A DNA stretch of 32,000 nucleotides, taken from assembly GCF_000172995.2 (NCBI RefSeq), contig NC_014729.1, forward strand, positions 540,001 through 572,000, in the 5' to 3' direction. This stretch comes from Halogeometricum borinquense DSM 11551 (lineage in GTDB: Archaea > Halobacteriota > Halobacteria > Halobacteriales > Haloferacaceae). Positions 7,579-16,983 of the stretch are shown here, piece after piece. The first letter of the stretch is position 1; each line of letters opens with the position of its first letter. Position numbers and translations under genes: made by a program. The notes beneath the pieces were generated by a model, which saw only the letters and a list, made by a program, of their open reading frames with translations, searched no databases and was not told where the DNA came from.

Positions 7579-8871
7579 TTAGTCGGCGTTCGCGCTCCCC
7601 GAGATATCGTCGTGGTGGAGGTGGCAGGCGGCGATGTGGATGTCGTTTCCGTGTTCGGATTCGACTTCGTACTCGGGTATCTCCTGCGCACAGATGCTTT
7701 GTTCTGCGAACGACTCGGTGAGCCGTTCCTCCGCAGCGTCCCAGTCGTCGTTGAGGACATCGTCGATACTCGTCTCGACGAGTGATCCGGCTTCACCGTC
7801 CGGAGTTCCGTTCGGGAAGAACTCCTGACGGAGGGACGCCTCCCCGTCGAGTTCGAAGGTTCGGCGCTCCGTCTCCCGCATGAACGCCTTTATGTCGTCC
7901 CACTCTTCGAGCGTCAAGTCGTACTTTTCGGGCGCGATGAGTCGCGGGCATCGCGTCCGGAACCGACAGCCGGACGGCGGGTCGATGGGCGACGGGACGT
8001 CGCCTTCGAGCACGCCGCGCTGACCGCCGTGTCGTGGGTCGGGGACCGGAATCGACTGCAACAGCGCGTTCGTGTACGGGTGCTGTGGGTTCTCGAACAG
8101 CTCCTCGGTTTCGGCGAGTTCGACCAACTGCCCGAGATACATCACCGCTACACGGTCGGAGATGTGCCGGATGACGGAGAGGTCGTGGCTGATGAACAGG
8201 TACGTCAATCCGAACTCGTCCTGCAGGTCCCGCATCGTGTTCAGCACTTGGGCTTGAATCGAAGCGTCGAGTGCCGAGGTGGGTTCGTCGCAGACGATGA
8301 AGTCCGGGTTGACGGCGAGTGCGCGCGCAAGATTCACGCGCTGGCGCTGGCCACCGGAGAACTGGTGCGGATAGCGATTGTAGTGTTGGGGGTCGAGACC
8401 GACTTTTTCCAACAGCATCCGCGCGCGTTCTTCGCGCTGGCCCTTGTAGAGACCGTGTGCCTTCATCGGCTCCTCGACGATGGGGCCGACCTTCATCCGC
8501 GGGTCCAAGGAGGACTGCGGGTCCTGGAAGATCATCTGCATGTCCTCACGCATCGTGCGGAGTTCCTCGCCGCTCATCTCCGCGAGGTTGTCGTCTTTGA
8601 ACCACACTGCGCCGTCGGTCGGTTCGAGGAGTCGCAGTACCGTCCGCGCGAGCGTAGATTTCCCACACCCGGACTCGCCAACGAGGCCGAGCGTCTCGCC
8701 TTTGGCGATGTTGAACGTCACGTCGTCTACGGCTTTCACCTCGTCGTCGTTGAGCAGATTCCCGATGAAACCGCTCCCTTGACTGAAGTATTTGGTCAGT
8801 CCTTCGACTCGGAGGAGGGTTTCCCCGAAGTTGACTTCCTCGGAACTCTCAGTTACCATTCCTTTGCTCAT
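7579..8871 (-). CDS. Oligopeptide/dipeptide ABC transporter ATP-binding protein (OppF/DppF type), 430 aa, with an insertion in the C-terminal Cys-rich domain
   Basis: It has [29 protein letters not shown] and the OppD/F C-terminal motif GCRFRTRCP. Its ATG overlaps the upstream stop (ATGA). Confidence 0.9.
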   Translation of the reverse strand: MSKGMVTESSEEVNFGETLLRVEGLTKYFSQGSGFIGNLLNDDEVKAVDDVTFNIAKGETLGLVGESGCGKSTLARTVLRLLEPTDGAVWFKDDNLAEMSGEELRTMREDMQMIFQDPQSSLDPRMKVGPIVEEPMKAHGLYKGQREERARMLLEKVGLDPQHYNRYPHQFSGGQRQRVNLARALAVNPDFIVCDEPTSALDASIQAQVLNTMRDLQDEFGLTYLFISHDLSVIRHISDRVAVMYLGQLVELAETEELFENPQHPYTNALLQSIPVPDPRHGGQRGVLEGDVPSPIDPPSGCRFRTRCPRLIAPEKYDLTLEEWDDIKAFMRETERRTFELDGEASLRQEFFPNGTPDGEAGSLVETSIDDVLNDDWDAAEERLTESFAEQSICAQEIPEYEVESEHGNDIHIAACHLHHDDISGSANAD

Positions 8872-9983
8872 TCTCCATCACCTCGCGCTTCGACGAGTCC
8901 GCCGCTGAAGGCGTCTGTTGCCTCGGTTTCGAGCGGCTCGGCGTCGTCGTACCCCACGTTCTCGTATTTCACACACGAGACGTAGTGGGATGACTCGTTT
9001 GGGTCGCTCACGTCTTGATACGTCGGACGGACTTCCTTGCAGACGGTCCGCGCCTCCGGACACCGCGTGTGGAACCGACATCCCGACGGCGGGTTGATTG
9101 CCTCGGGCATGACGCCCTTGATCGGGTTGAGTTCATCGACGCTCTGGTCCGGCCGCGGGATCGAATCTAACAACGCATCCGTGTACGGATGGCGCGTCTT
9201 GTGGAACAGGTCGTCAACGTCCGCCTGTTCGATAATCTCACCGAGGTACATCACGTTCACCCGATCACAGATCTCGGCAACCACGCCGAGGTCGTGCGTA
9301 ACCCAGACGAACGACGTGTTGTACTTCTCTTGAAGTTCCTTGACGAGGTCGAGAATCTGCCCTTCGACTGTCACGTCGAGTGCGGTCGTCGGCTCGTCAG
9401 CGATGATGAGGTCCGGTTCGCAGGCGAGCGCCATTGCGATAATGACGCGCTGGCGCATCCCGCCGGAGAACTGGTGGGGATAGCTGTCGTATCGCTTTTC
9501 GGGTTCCGGAATCCCCACTTCCCGAAGCATGTCGATTGCGATTTCTTTGGCCTGTTCGGACGAGACATCTCGGTTGATCTCGATGAACTCGCGGAGTTGC
9601 CCACCGACGGTGAACACCGGGTTCAGAGCCTCCATCGGGTCTTGGAAGATGATCGCTATCTCTCGCCCCCGGATCTGCTTGCGCATCTCCTCGTTCGAGA
9701 GCATCTCCGAGGATTGGCGGAGTTCGCCGTCTGAGCCCTCCTCGATGTCGATCAGCTTCTTTCCTTTGTAGGTTACTGTCCCGCCGACGACTTCGCCGGG
9801 ATCTTCGACGAGTCGCATGATCGAACTCGTTGCGACCGACTTGCCAGCGCCGGACTCGCCCACGAGGCCGACGAGTTCCCCTTCGTTCACCTCGAAAGAG
9901 ATACCGTCCACTGCACGGACAGTCCCCTCCTCGGTGAAGAACTGCGTCTTCAGGTTCTCGACTTTGAGTATTGGTTCGCTCAT
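8868..9983 (-). CDS. Oligopeptide/dipeptide ABC transporter ATP-binding protein (OppD/DppD type), 371 aa
   Basis: It has [28 protein letters not shown] and the C-terminal [15 protein letters not shown] motif. Confidence 0.9.
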   Translation of the reverse strand: MSEPILKVENLKTQFFTEEGTVRAVDGISFEVNEGELVGLVGESGAGKSVATSSIMRLVEDPGEVVGGTVTYKGKKLIDIEEGSDGELRQSSEMLSNEEMRKQIRGREIAIIFQDPMEALNPVFTVGGQLREFIEINRDVSSEQAKEIAIDMLREVGIPEPEKRYDSYPHQFSGGMRQRVIIAMALACEPDLIIADEPTTALDVTVEGQILDLVKELQEKYNTSFVWVTHDLGVVAEICDRVNVMYLGEIIEQADVDDLFHKTRHPYTDALLDSIPRPDQSVDELNPIKGVMPEAINPPSGCRFHTRCPEARTVCKEVRPTYQDVSDPNESSHYVSCVKYENVGYDDAEPLETEATDAFSGGLVEARGDGE

Positions 9984-11002
9984 CAGTTGTTAATCCGTGG
10001 GTCGAGTGCGTCTCGGAGGCCGTCGCCGATGAGGTTGAACCCGACGACGGTGATCAGGATAGCGATACCGGGCCAGATGCTGAACCATGGGTTCGGAAGC
10101 ATGTACTCCCGAGAGTTCGAGAGCATCTGTCCCCACGACGGCGTCGGCGGCTGTGCGCCGTAGCCGAGGAACGACAGGCCGGCGATGATGAGAATGTTCA
10201 CGCCGACTTGGAGCGTCGCCTGCACGAGGACGGGGGCGAAACTGTTCGGGATGACGTGCCGGAGGATGATATCACGGTCACGTACCCCCGCCGCCTGTGC
10301 TGCCTCGATGTAGTCTTCTTCACGTACCGAGAGCACGCGGGAGCGGATGAGGCGTGCGAACGTCGGAATCGTGGCAATACCGACCCCAATCATCGCGTAC
10401 GTCAGGTTCTTACCGAACGCAGTCATGAACGCGATGACCAAGATGAGGAACGGAATCGCGTACAGCGTCTCCGATGCACGCATCAGCGCGTCGTCGATCC
10501 AGCCACCGTAGTATCCGGCGACTGCACCGACGAGCATCCCGAATATCATGGCGATACCGGTCGAGACGATAGCCACCGTGATGGCGATACGCGTGCCGTA
10601 GAACAGGCGCGCAAGGATGTCACGCCCTCGGTGGTCAGTCCCGAGCGGGTGTGCCCACGTACCGGGGTCGTTCGGGTACAGTTCGTTCGTCTGGTAGACG
10701 GGCGGACGGAGAATCTGTGCGTTGCTCGGATCGTTCACCGGGTTGATCCAGAACATGTCCGCCAGCATGTACTGATGAATTCCCATGTTGGCGAACGTCT
10801 TGAACTCCGCAAGGAAGCCGAAGAGGACGCCGTCGATGAAGGCGATGAGTGCGACAGTCGTCATCAGTGCGATGACACCCAGTCCAACAAGTGCTGTCGG
10901 GTCGCGTCGCACTTGCGAGAGGGTGTAGCGCAAGCCGACTCGCGCTTCAGGCTGCTCGGGACCGCTTTCGTCTGCGTCAGTTCGGGTTGTTGCGTTCGAC
11001 AT
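9983..11002 (-). CDS. Peptide ABC transporter permease (DppC/OppC type), 339 aa
   Basis: It is a multi-helix BPD-type permease with an EAA-like loop (YIEAAQAAGVRDRDIILRHVIPN). It holds the expected operon position. Confidence 0.9.
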   Translation of the reverse strand: MSNATTRTDADESGPEQPEARVGLRYTLSQVRRDPTALVGLGVIALMTTVALIAFIDGVLFGFLAEFKTFANMGIHQYMLADMFWINPVNDPSNAQILRPPVYQTNELYPNDPGTWAHPLGTDHRGRDILARLFYGTRIAITVAIVSTGIAMIFGMLVGAVAGYYGGWIDDALMRASETLYAIPFLILVIAFMTAFGKNLTYAMIGVGIATIPTFARLIRSRVLSVREEDYIEAAQAAGVRDRDIILRHVIPNSFAPVLVQATLQVGVNILIIAGLSFLGYGAQPPTPSWGQMLSNSREYMLPNPWFSIWPGIAILITVVGFNLIGDGLRDALDPRINN

Positions 11003-11004
11003 CG

Positions 11005-12003
11005 TTATTCTTCACCCTCGAAGGAGACTCGTGGATCGACGTAGGCGTACGACAGGTCTGTGAGGATGACACCGATGACGAACACCAGTCCGAACACCAG
11101 CGTCGTCCCCATCACGAGTTGGAAGTCCTGATTTTGGATGGCTGTAATGATGAGCCGACCCATGCCGTTGATGGAGAAGACTGTCTCCGTCAGTACTGCA
11201 CCACCCAGCGCGCTCGTTAGTTGCAGACCGACGAGCGTGATGAGTGGAAGCTGTGCGTTTCGGAAAGCGTGCTTACGCACGATTTTACTCTCGCTGACGC
11301 CGTAGGCGCGGGCGAGTTTGACGTACTCCTCACCGAGTACTTCGAGCATCGAGGAACGCTCGATACGGGTGAACGCAGCCATCTGGAGCGTTCCGAGCGT
11401 AATGGTCGGCAAGATGAGGTGGTGAATCGACGTGAGTATGACGTCGATCTGATTTGCCGCTCCGTCGACTGCCGCCGGTGCCGCCCACGGCAGGACGATG
11501 TTGGTCGCAGGGAAGATGTCCAGCCAGAACGAGAAGATGATGATGAGCATCAGGCCGATCCAGAAGGAGGGCGTACTGACGCCAAGGAGGGCGACGATAC
11601 GCGAGACGTGGTCTGTCGGCTTGTTACGCCGCTTTGCGGAGATAATGCCGAGTGGAACGGCGGTTATCAGTGCAAAGGTGAAACTGGAGAGCAGGAGATA
11701 CAGCGTGATCGGTAGGCGTTCTGCAATCTTCTGCGTGACCGGCACGCCGTAGTAGATACTCGTTCCGAGTTTGAGTTGAACGACGTCTAGTAGGTACTTG
11801 AAGTACCGAACGTGGACGGGCTGGTCAAGTCCGAACTTTGCGCGGATGGCTGCGGCTTGTTGTGCGCTCGGCGATGGGCCGAGCATGATCTGTACTGGGT
11901 CCCCCGGAATCGCGTCGGTGAGGAAGAACGTGATCGTAATCACACCCACGATCACCGGGATCGATTGGAGGAGTCGGCTGATTGTGTAGCGAAGGCGTCC
12001 CAT
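11005..12003 (-). CDS. Peptide ABC transporter permease (DppB/OppB type), 332 aa
   Basis: The N-terminus MGRLRYTISRLLQSIPVIVGVITITFFL is typical of DppB. It also has the loop YVKLARAYGVSESKIVRKHAFRNA. Confidence 0.9.
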   Translation of the reverse strand: MGRLRYTISRLLQSIPVIVGVITITFFLTDAIPGDPVQIMLGPSPSAQQAAAIRAKFGLDQPVHVRYFKYLLDVVQLKLGTSIYYGVPVTQKIAERLPITLYLLLSSFTFALITAVPLGIISAKRRNKPTDHVSRIVALLGVSTPSFWIGLMLIIIFSFWLDIFPATNIVLPWAAPAAVDGAANQIDVILTSIHHLILPTITLGTLQMAAFTRIERSSMLEVLGEEYVKLARAYGVSESKIVRKHAFRNAQLPLITLVGLQLTSALGGAVLTETVFSINGMGRLIITAIQNQDFQLVMGTTLVFGLVFVIGVILTDLSYAYVDPRVSFEGEE

Positions 12004-12087
12004 TGTTACACCACTTACAGTATCGTGTCCATGTATGACTCTAGGCGTCGTTTAGTGGTCGGTTTGTACATAAATATGGCGTCACCG

Positions 12088-12124
12088 CCTCTGTCTGTAC
12101 GATTATTTCGTACCGACAGAGAGG
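12088..12124 (-). other. Imperfect 13-bp stem-loop spanning the stop codon of the substrate-binding-protein gene, within the 99-nt SBP-permease spacer
   Basis: The mRNA sense reads CCUCUCUGUCGGUACG-AAAUAAU-CGUACAGACAGAGG. The arms are at 12109-12124 and 12088-12101, with one mismatch and one 2-nt bulge. Confidence 0.45.
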
Positions 12125-13755
12125 TTGTTGTAGTCGGTCGCCACCGTGAAGCTGTCCACCGGGTGGGCGTGGAAGTCTTTGACGTAGTCTTTCACGCCGA
12201 AGCTGTTCTTGAGGTTGTACGCGGGCAGGTGCGCACGGTCTTCGAGAAGCGTCGTCGTCGCTTCCGTGTAGAGCTGTTTACGCTTGTCACGGTCGAGCAT
12301 CTGACGCGCTTTGATGAACTTCTCGCTGACCTCTTTGCCGGACTCGCTGTTGTTCCCGTAGTACGTCCCGTTCGTCACGCCGAGCGTGTCTTCGTCACGG
12401 CCGAACAGGAAGTACGAGAACGCGTCGGGGTCGGGCGAGCCGGACCAACCGAGCGTGTAGATGTTGTAGTCGTCCTCGCTGCCGGAGACGTACTTGTCGA
12501 GGAACGCACCCCAGTCGAGACGCTGAACGCTTGCGTCCCAACCGGCCTCCTTGATACCGTTGGAGATGGAGATACCGATCTGTTCACGTTTGTCGTCCGG
12601 CGGGACGATGACCTGGAACGAGTAGTCGTCCGACACGCCGGCCTCGTCAAACAGGGACTTCGTCTTGTCGATGTCCTTCGAGTGGGGGATACTTTTCCAC
12701 TCGTCGAGCGGGAAGCCCCAGTCCTCGGAGATCGATTTCGGGTAGGGGCTGTACTGACGAATCCCCGTCGGTTCGACGTAGGAGGAGACCGCCTGATCCA
12801 TATCGAACGCGTAGTCGATTGCCTCGCGGACCTTCGGGTCAGCCGTCGGGCCTTCCTTACAGTTGAACGCCGCGTAGAAGTACCCGATACCGGGCACTTC
12901 CTGAATGCTTGCGTCGGAGATGCTGCGGACCGTCGGGTACTGCTTCGGCGGAATCTCCTCGATAACGTCGTTCTCGCTGTTCTTAAGGGTCGTGACGCGC
13001 GTCGTCGCCTCAGTGACCGGCACGAATTCGATTTCCGGAACTTTCGGCTTCGGTTCGCCCCAATAGTTCTCGTTGGCCTTGATGCGAGCGTACTGGCCTT
13101 CCTGCCAGCTATCGAAGACGAACGGGCCGGAGCCGATCAGGCTGTCGCCGCTTTTGAACGCATTCTTGTCCTCCTCGCGGACGGACTTCGGAACGACGTA
13201 CCACGTGAGCGTGGTCATGAACGGCGCGTACGCGTACTTCAGGTCGAACTGAACCGTCTCTTCATCGACAACCGTGATGGTGTCGATCATGTTCAGTTCG
13301 GAGGCGTTCTCGGTCTCTTCGGTGACCGGGGCCGTGTACGAGTATTTCACGTCCTCGGCCGTGACTTTGTCACCGTTGGAGTACGTCGCATCGCTGTTCA
13401 GTTTGACGACGTACCGTTTGCCTTCCTTGGACACTTCGGGTTCGCCCTTGGCGAGGGCCGGGACGATACCCGTACTCTCGTCGTACGTGTAGAGGCCTTC
13501 GACGATACGGTCGATGACCTGCGACGACGGAACGTCGTTTGCGATGATGGGGTCGAACTCGATGGGGCTCTTGACGAGGGCCATCTTGAGCTTGTTGTTC
13601 GACTCTTCGTTCCCACCGTCTGTGTTTCCACTGTCGGTTCCGGTGTCGGAGCCGCCAGCACACCCGGCGAGGCCTGCGATACCGGCACCACCGAGGCCTT
13701 GGAGGACACGGCGACGGTTCAGTTTACTGTGAGTTGTATTGTTTTTATCTGACAT
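12103..13755 (-). CDS. Peptide ABC transporter substrate-binding lipoprotein (family 5 SBP, DppA/OppA type), 550 aa
   Basis: It has a Tat motif plus lipobox (SKLNRRRVLQGLGGAGIAGLAGC) followed by a Ser/Gly/Thr/Asn-rich linker. The body is typical of family 5 and it is the first gene of the operon. Confidence 0.9.
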   Translation of the reverse strand: MSDKNNTTHSKLNRRRVLQGLGGAGIAGLAGCAGGSDTGTDSGNTDGGNEESNNKLKMALVKSPIEFDPIIANDVPSSQVIDRIVEGLYTYDESTGIVPALAKGEPEVSKEGKRYVVKLNSDATYSNGDKVTAEDVKYSYTAPVTEETENASELNMIDTITVVDEETVQFDLKYAYAPFMTTLTWYVVPKSVREEDKNAFKSGDSLIGSGPFVFDSWQEGQYARIKANENYWGEPKPKVPEIEFVPVTEATTRVTTLKNSENDVIEEIPPKQYPTVRSISDASIQEVPGIGYFYAAFNCKEGPTADPKVREAIDYAFDMDQAVSSYVEPTGIRQYSPYPKSISEDWGFPLDEWKSIPHSKDIDKTKSLFDEAGVSDDYSFQVIVPPDDKREQIGISISNGIKEAGWDASVQRLDWGAFLDKYVSGSEDDYNIYTLGWSGSPDPDAFSYFLFGRDEDTLGVTNGTYYGNNSESGKEVSEKFIKARQMLDRDKRKQLYTEATTTLLEDRAHLPAYNLKNSFGVKDYVKDFHAHPVDSFTVATDYNNLSVGTK

Positions 13756-14132
13756 GGGTCAGTGCACCTTATGTTGAGGGATACCGAGAATCAACCGCCG
13801 GTTAGATAAATACCTAACGAATGTTTCCCGGTATCGGCAAATCTTGTTTTCTAGTGGTCTTGTACGCCGATTTTTGACTTTTTGCCCATTAGTTACTTTT
13901 GAATATAAGTATGTAGATATCAATCTAATACGTTCGATATTTCTGGACAATTATGGCATTTATGGTGGGAACAGTGGTATTAATATCTTCCAAAATCTCA
14001 AATACCTCCTTGTTTGTTCAATCGATTCTCTATGATAGTTCATTATGCTTGTCGCAGGTAAATGTTACCGCTAGTGGTGTTTTCGCTCTGCCGGAAGGAC
14101 AGACCCTTGGTGAATCGGTGGGAGTTCCCCGT

Positions 14133-14729
14133 ATGAGACAGTTCGTCATCATCGGTCACGACGCTCCGACAACGCCAGAGTTCTCACTTGACGACTTGGC
14201 AGGCGGCGCAGGTCGCCTCGATGTCCTGTGTCGATGTGTCAACTCCGCGTTTTTCCTCTCGCACGCGATTCGAGAGTCCGTTCGTGTCCATCTTGTTCTC
14301 GGCGACGAGTTCACTGTCCGATTCGAGGGTGCAGAGTTACGTCGTCTCAACCCCGATGAACGGAGTACAGCCGCCCTGATTCGCGGCGCACTCGACGTCC
14401 GCGAGGAAGCTATCGGACACATGCCTGCCGAGGCGAGCCCCGGCGTCAGTATCCGCCGGATGGGATTCGACGCGACGCTCGACGCCGTCGCTACTGACGG
14501 TACTGTCATCGAACTTCACGAGAACGGCGACCCGGTGGCCGACGTCGAACCGCCCGAAGACCCAGTGTTCGTTCTCTCGGATCACCACGACTTTACGGAC
14601 GACGAGGCGGCCGCCCTCGCTGATGCGGCCGACGAACGGGTTCGTCTCGGTCCCGAGGTGTTGCACGCCGACCACTCTATCACCGTCGCGCACAACTATC
14701 TCGACACCGACGGCTTCTCGTCATACTAA
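14133..14729 (+). CDS. trmY: tRNA (pseudouridine54-N1)-methyltransferase TrmY (SPOUT, COG1901/DUF358), 198 aa
   Basis: [23 protein letters not shown] closely matches the M. jannaschii TrmY core ([21 protein letters not shown]) as I remember it. It also has NPDERS and the C-terminal [15 protein letters not shown]. The start is placed at [11 protein letters not shown]. Confidence 0.8.
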   Translation: MRQFVIIGHDAPTTPEFSLDDLAGGAGRLDVLCRCVNSAFFLSHAIRESVRVHLVLGDEFTVRFEGAELRRLNPDERSTAALIRGALDVREEAIGHMPAEASPGVSIRRMGFDATLDAVATDGTVIELHENGDPVADVEPPEDPVFVLSDHHDFTDDEAAALADAADERVRLGPEVLHADHSITVAHNYLDTDGFSSY

Positions 14730-14794
14730 CTGACGGCGCTCGGACACCGTGAATCACAACTGTTAAACGCGACGCCGGACTCAATTCAACGTGC

Positions 14795-14867
14795 GGGCCG
14801 GTGGGGTAGCTTGGTATCCTTCGGCCTTCGGGTGGCCGTAACCGCGATTCGAATTCGCGCCGGCCCA
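14795..14867 (+). tRNA. tRNA-Pro (anticodon CGG at 14829-14831), 73 nt, no encoded CCA, no intron
   Basis: I folded the cloverleaf by hand. The acceptor is GGGCCGG/CCGGCCC (7 perfect bp) and U8, A14, G18G19 and A21 are present. The anticodon stem is CGGCC/GGCCG with loop UUCGGGU, and the T-arm is CGCGA-UUCGAAU-UCGCG. The 53:61 pair would be A:U rather than G:C. An oligo-T tract (TTCTTTT) follows. Confidence 0.9.
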
Positions 14868-14999
14868 CTTCTCCCGCATTCTTTTCCGACGAGCACCGTG
14901 TGGCGTCTGAGTCGCCGCGAGCAGAGCGAGCGGTGTGTCCGGGTATCTACCGAGTTTCTTCAGAGACGTTATCCTCGCCGGACCCGACCACCGACACGA

Positions 15000-15722
15000 A
15001 TGACCGAGGCGATAGATTTCGATTTCGCTGATACTGCCGCCGTCGCTGAACGACGCGACGAGGTTGTCGCGGCCGTCGAGTCGCACGCGGGGCGGATTGC
15101 GCGCGAACTCGCCCTTCTGCAGGGCGGCGACTACGGCCAAGAAGCGTTCAACACGCCGCGGGGGACGTGGACGGTCAAGTACGAGGGGGGTGCGCTCCAG
15201 TACCTCCGATACGAAGGGAACGGCGGGTCCGAAACGTACGTCGTCTCCACGAAGCGCCAACCGGACCCGACGGAACTGGCGACGGCGATGCAGGATTACG
15301 AGTCGTTCGTGGAGTCGTACAACGACTACGTCGAGTCGCGTTCGGGCGTCCTCGACGACGTTTCGACTGACTTTCCTGAACCACACGAAACATCGGGCGT
15401 CGTCGCCGAACGCGATCGGATCGTAGACCGCATCCGTGAGGTATGCGACGAGATTGCCGTCCAGTTACACCGCTACGATGGCACCGACTACGGCACTTTC
15501 GCTACGACTGTCTCGGGCACGCGATGGGAACTGAAGCGAGAACTCGACCGTACGTCGTACCTCCGTGTCGGCGGCGAGGGCGGCGTCTACCTGCTCTCAC
15601 AGTACGAACCACCCGCCGCGCCGGACGTTCGCCAACTGGTCGGCGGATTCGAGGGATTCGTAGAATCGTACAACGACTACGTCGCGGAGTTGGAGTCGGA
15701 CCTCGACGGTATCTCGCTTTAG
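15000..15722 (+). CDS. Hypothetical acidic protein (240 aa) made of two tandem homologous halves
   Basis: The start is at MTEAIDFDF, because the upstream part of the ORF overlaps the tRNA. The halves share VAER, DYG, GT-W-K-E, YLR-G-GG-Y, and FVESYNDYV occurs twice. Confidence 0.65.
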   Translation: MTEAIDFDFADTAAVAERRDEVVAAVESHAGRIARELALLQGGDYGQEAFNTPRGTWTVKYEGGALQYLRYEGNGGSETYVVSTKRQPDPTELATAMQDYESFVESYNDYVESRSGVLDDVSTDFPEPHETSGVVAERDRIVDRIREVCDEIAVQLHRYDGTDYGTFATTVSGTRWELKRELDRTSYLRVGGEGGVYLLSQYEPPAAPDVRQLVGGFEGFVESYNDYVAELESDLDGISL

Positions 15723-15739
15723 ATCAGGTGGTCGGTGAT

Positions 15740-16759
15740 CTAGATGAGAAGATAGGCGACGAGGTACGCCACTGCGGCGATGGTGAGCGTCGCTAACCCG
15801 ATTGTCAGAGCGCGAACTGCTCGCATTCTCCGCGACGTAGCGCCCCGTCCGAATGCCGTCGCCCCGACGACGACGGCGAGAGGAACGACGGTAAAACCGA
15901 GATAGTGCGCATCAACCATCGTCGGACGTGGAAGTACAAACGCGGCCGCGGCGTAGCCGACGCCGACCACTGCTCGCCCCGCGAAGGCGTCGCGGAGACG
16001 GTGCCCGGTGAGACGGAGGTACGTGAACAGACCGGCCCACACGGTGGCGACTTCCACGAACAAGATGTTGAGGAGGTTCACCGTCTCGTCTGCCGAAAAC
16101 ACCACGCGGTCAGTGAGCGGTGAGGGTGCAGCGGGTGCGAAAAGCGGCGGCGGGGCGGCCATGAGCACGTCACCGAACGGGTGTGTGAGGAAGCCAACAC
16201 CCGCGGCGAATGCCAGAGTCGGTGTCCCGATACCGAGTCTGCTCTCCTTCCCGAATCGACGGCTGACGGCCGCACCGACGACGCAGACGGTACCGAGGTA
16301 GGTGGCGGCGACGACGGCCGCCGATTCGCTCGAGACGCGGGCCATCGCCCAGATGACGGCCGCGGCGACGACACTCGCGACGACGGCGAGAGTTGTGTGG
16401 ATGAGCAAGCCGTGCGGCGTTCGGTTCTGCATCCGCGTTTCTTTGCCACGACCGCGGGCGGGAACGATGGCAACGGCGGCCGCGAAACAGAGCGTGGCAG
16501 CGGCACCGACGGGAAGCGGATGGGTAACCACGCGGTGGACGCCGTTTGTAACTCCCCAGAAGGCGTCCCACGAGAGGGTCGTTCCATCTGCAACGGCCAG
16601 AAGATACGTGGCGAACCCGTAGGCGACATCTAAATCCGGAAGCAACGCACACAGAGCGGCCACACCGCCAGCAAACAGTGCGGTACGCGCGTCTCGTCCG
16701 GTAAGTCGGGTCAGTGTTCCGGCGAGGGCGAACGCGAGGAACTCGTGGCCGACGAACAT
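15740..16759 (-). CDS. Membrane-bound metal-dependent hydrolase family protein (YdjM/DUF457-like), 339 aa
   Basis: It is a polytopic membrane protein that starts MFVGHEFLAF and has the LLPDLD and HRVVTHP His/Asp motifs typical of that family. Confidence 0.65.
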   Translation of the reverse strand: MFVGHEFLAFALAGTLTRLTGRDARTALFAGGVAALCALLPDLDVAYGFATYLLAVADGTTLSWDAFWGVTNGVHRVVTHPLPVGAAATLCFAAAVAIVPARGRGKETRMQNRTPHGLLIHTTLAVVASVVAAAVIWAMARVSSESAAVVAATYLGTVCVVGAAVSRRFGKESRLGIGTPTLAFAAGVGFLTHPFGDVLMAAPPPLFAPAAPSPLTDRVVFSADETVNLLNILFVEVATVWAGLFTYLRLTGHRLRDAFAGRAVVGVGYAAAAFVLPRPTMVDAHYLGFTVVPLAVVVGATAFGRGATSRRMRAVRALTIGLATLTIAAVAYLVAYLLI

Positions 16760-16983
16760 CTATTGACAGTTAATTGAGATTGTTGGAGTCAGTTTGTCGG
16801 TGCTGTCACCGGCAGTGTACGCGAAACGAGACATTTCAGGTATCGAGACTGACTGCCGAGGATGGTATAGTCTTTCCGTCGTTGCTCGGCAGTGTCGCAC
16901 TCTCTACGATTACCGGACTATTACCGCCGCGCGAGCGCGGACCGAACACTTTTCGTCGCCGTGGGTACTGCCTTCGATAACTG

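Noticed and set aside
11812-13752. A 646-aa ORF on the plus strand, antisense to dppB/dppA
   Set aside because: It has the same shadow-ORF composition (R/V/D/L-rich) and no motifs. The minus strand encodes clear permease and Tat-lipoprotein SBP genes.
13756-14132. A replication origin in the AT-rich island
   Set aside because: There is no adjacent orc1/cdc6 gene, and I could not recognise repeated ORB-like elements flanking the AT-rich core. GGGAACAGTGGTATT is only a weak, single resemblance.
14811-14999. The N-terminal 63 codons of the 303-aa ORF-track entry
   Set aside because: This part overlaps the tRNA-Pro gene and its terminator and is Arg-rich. The acidic, repeat-containing protein starts at the ATG at 15000.
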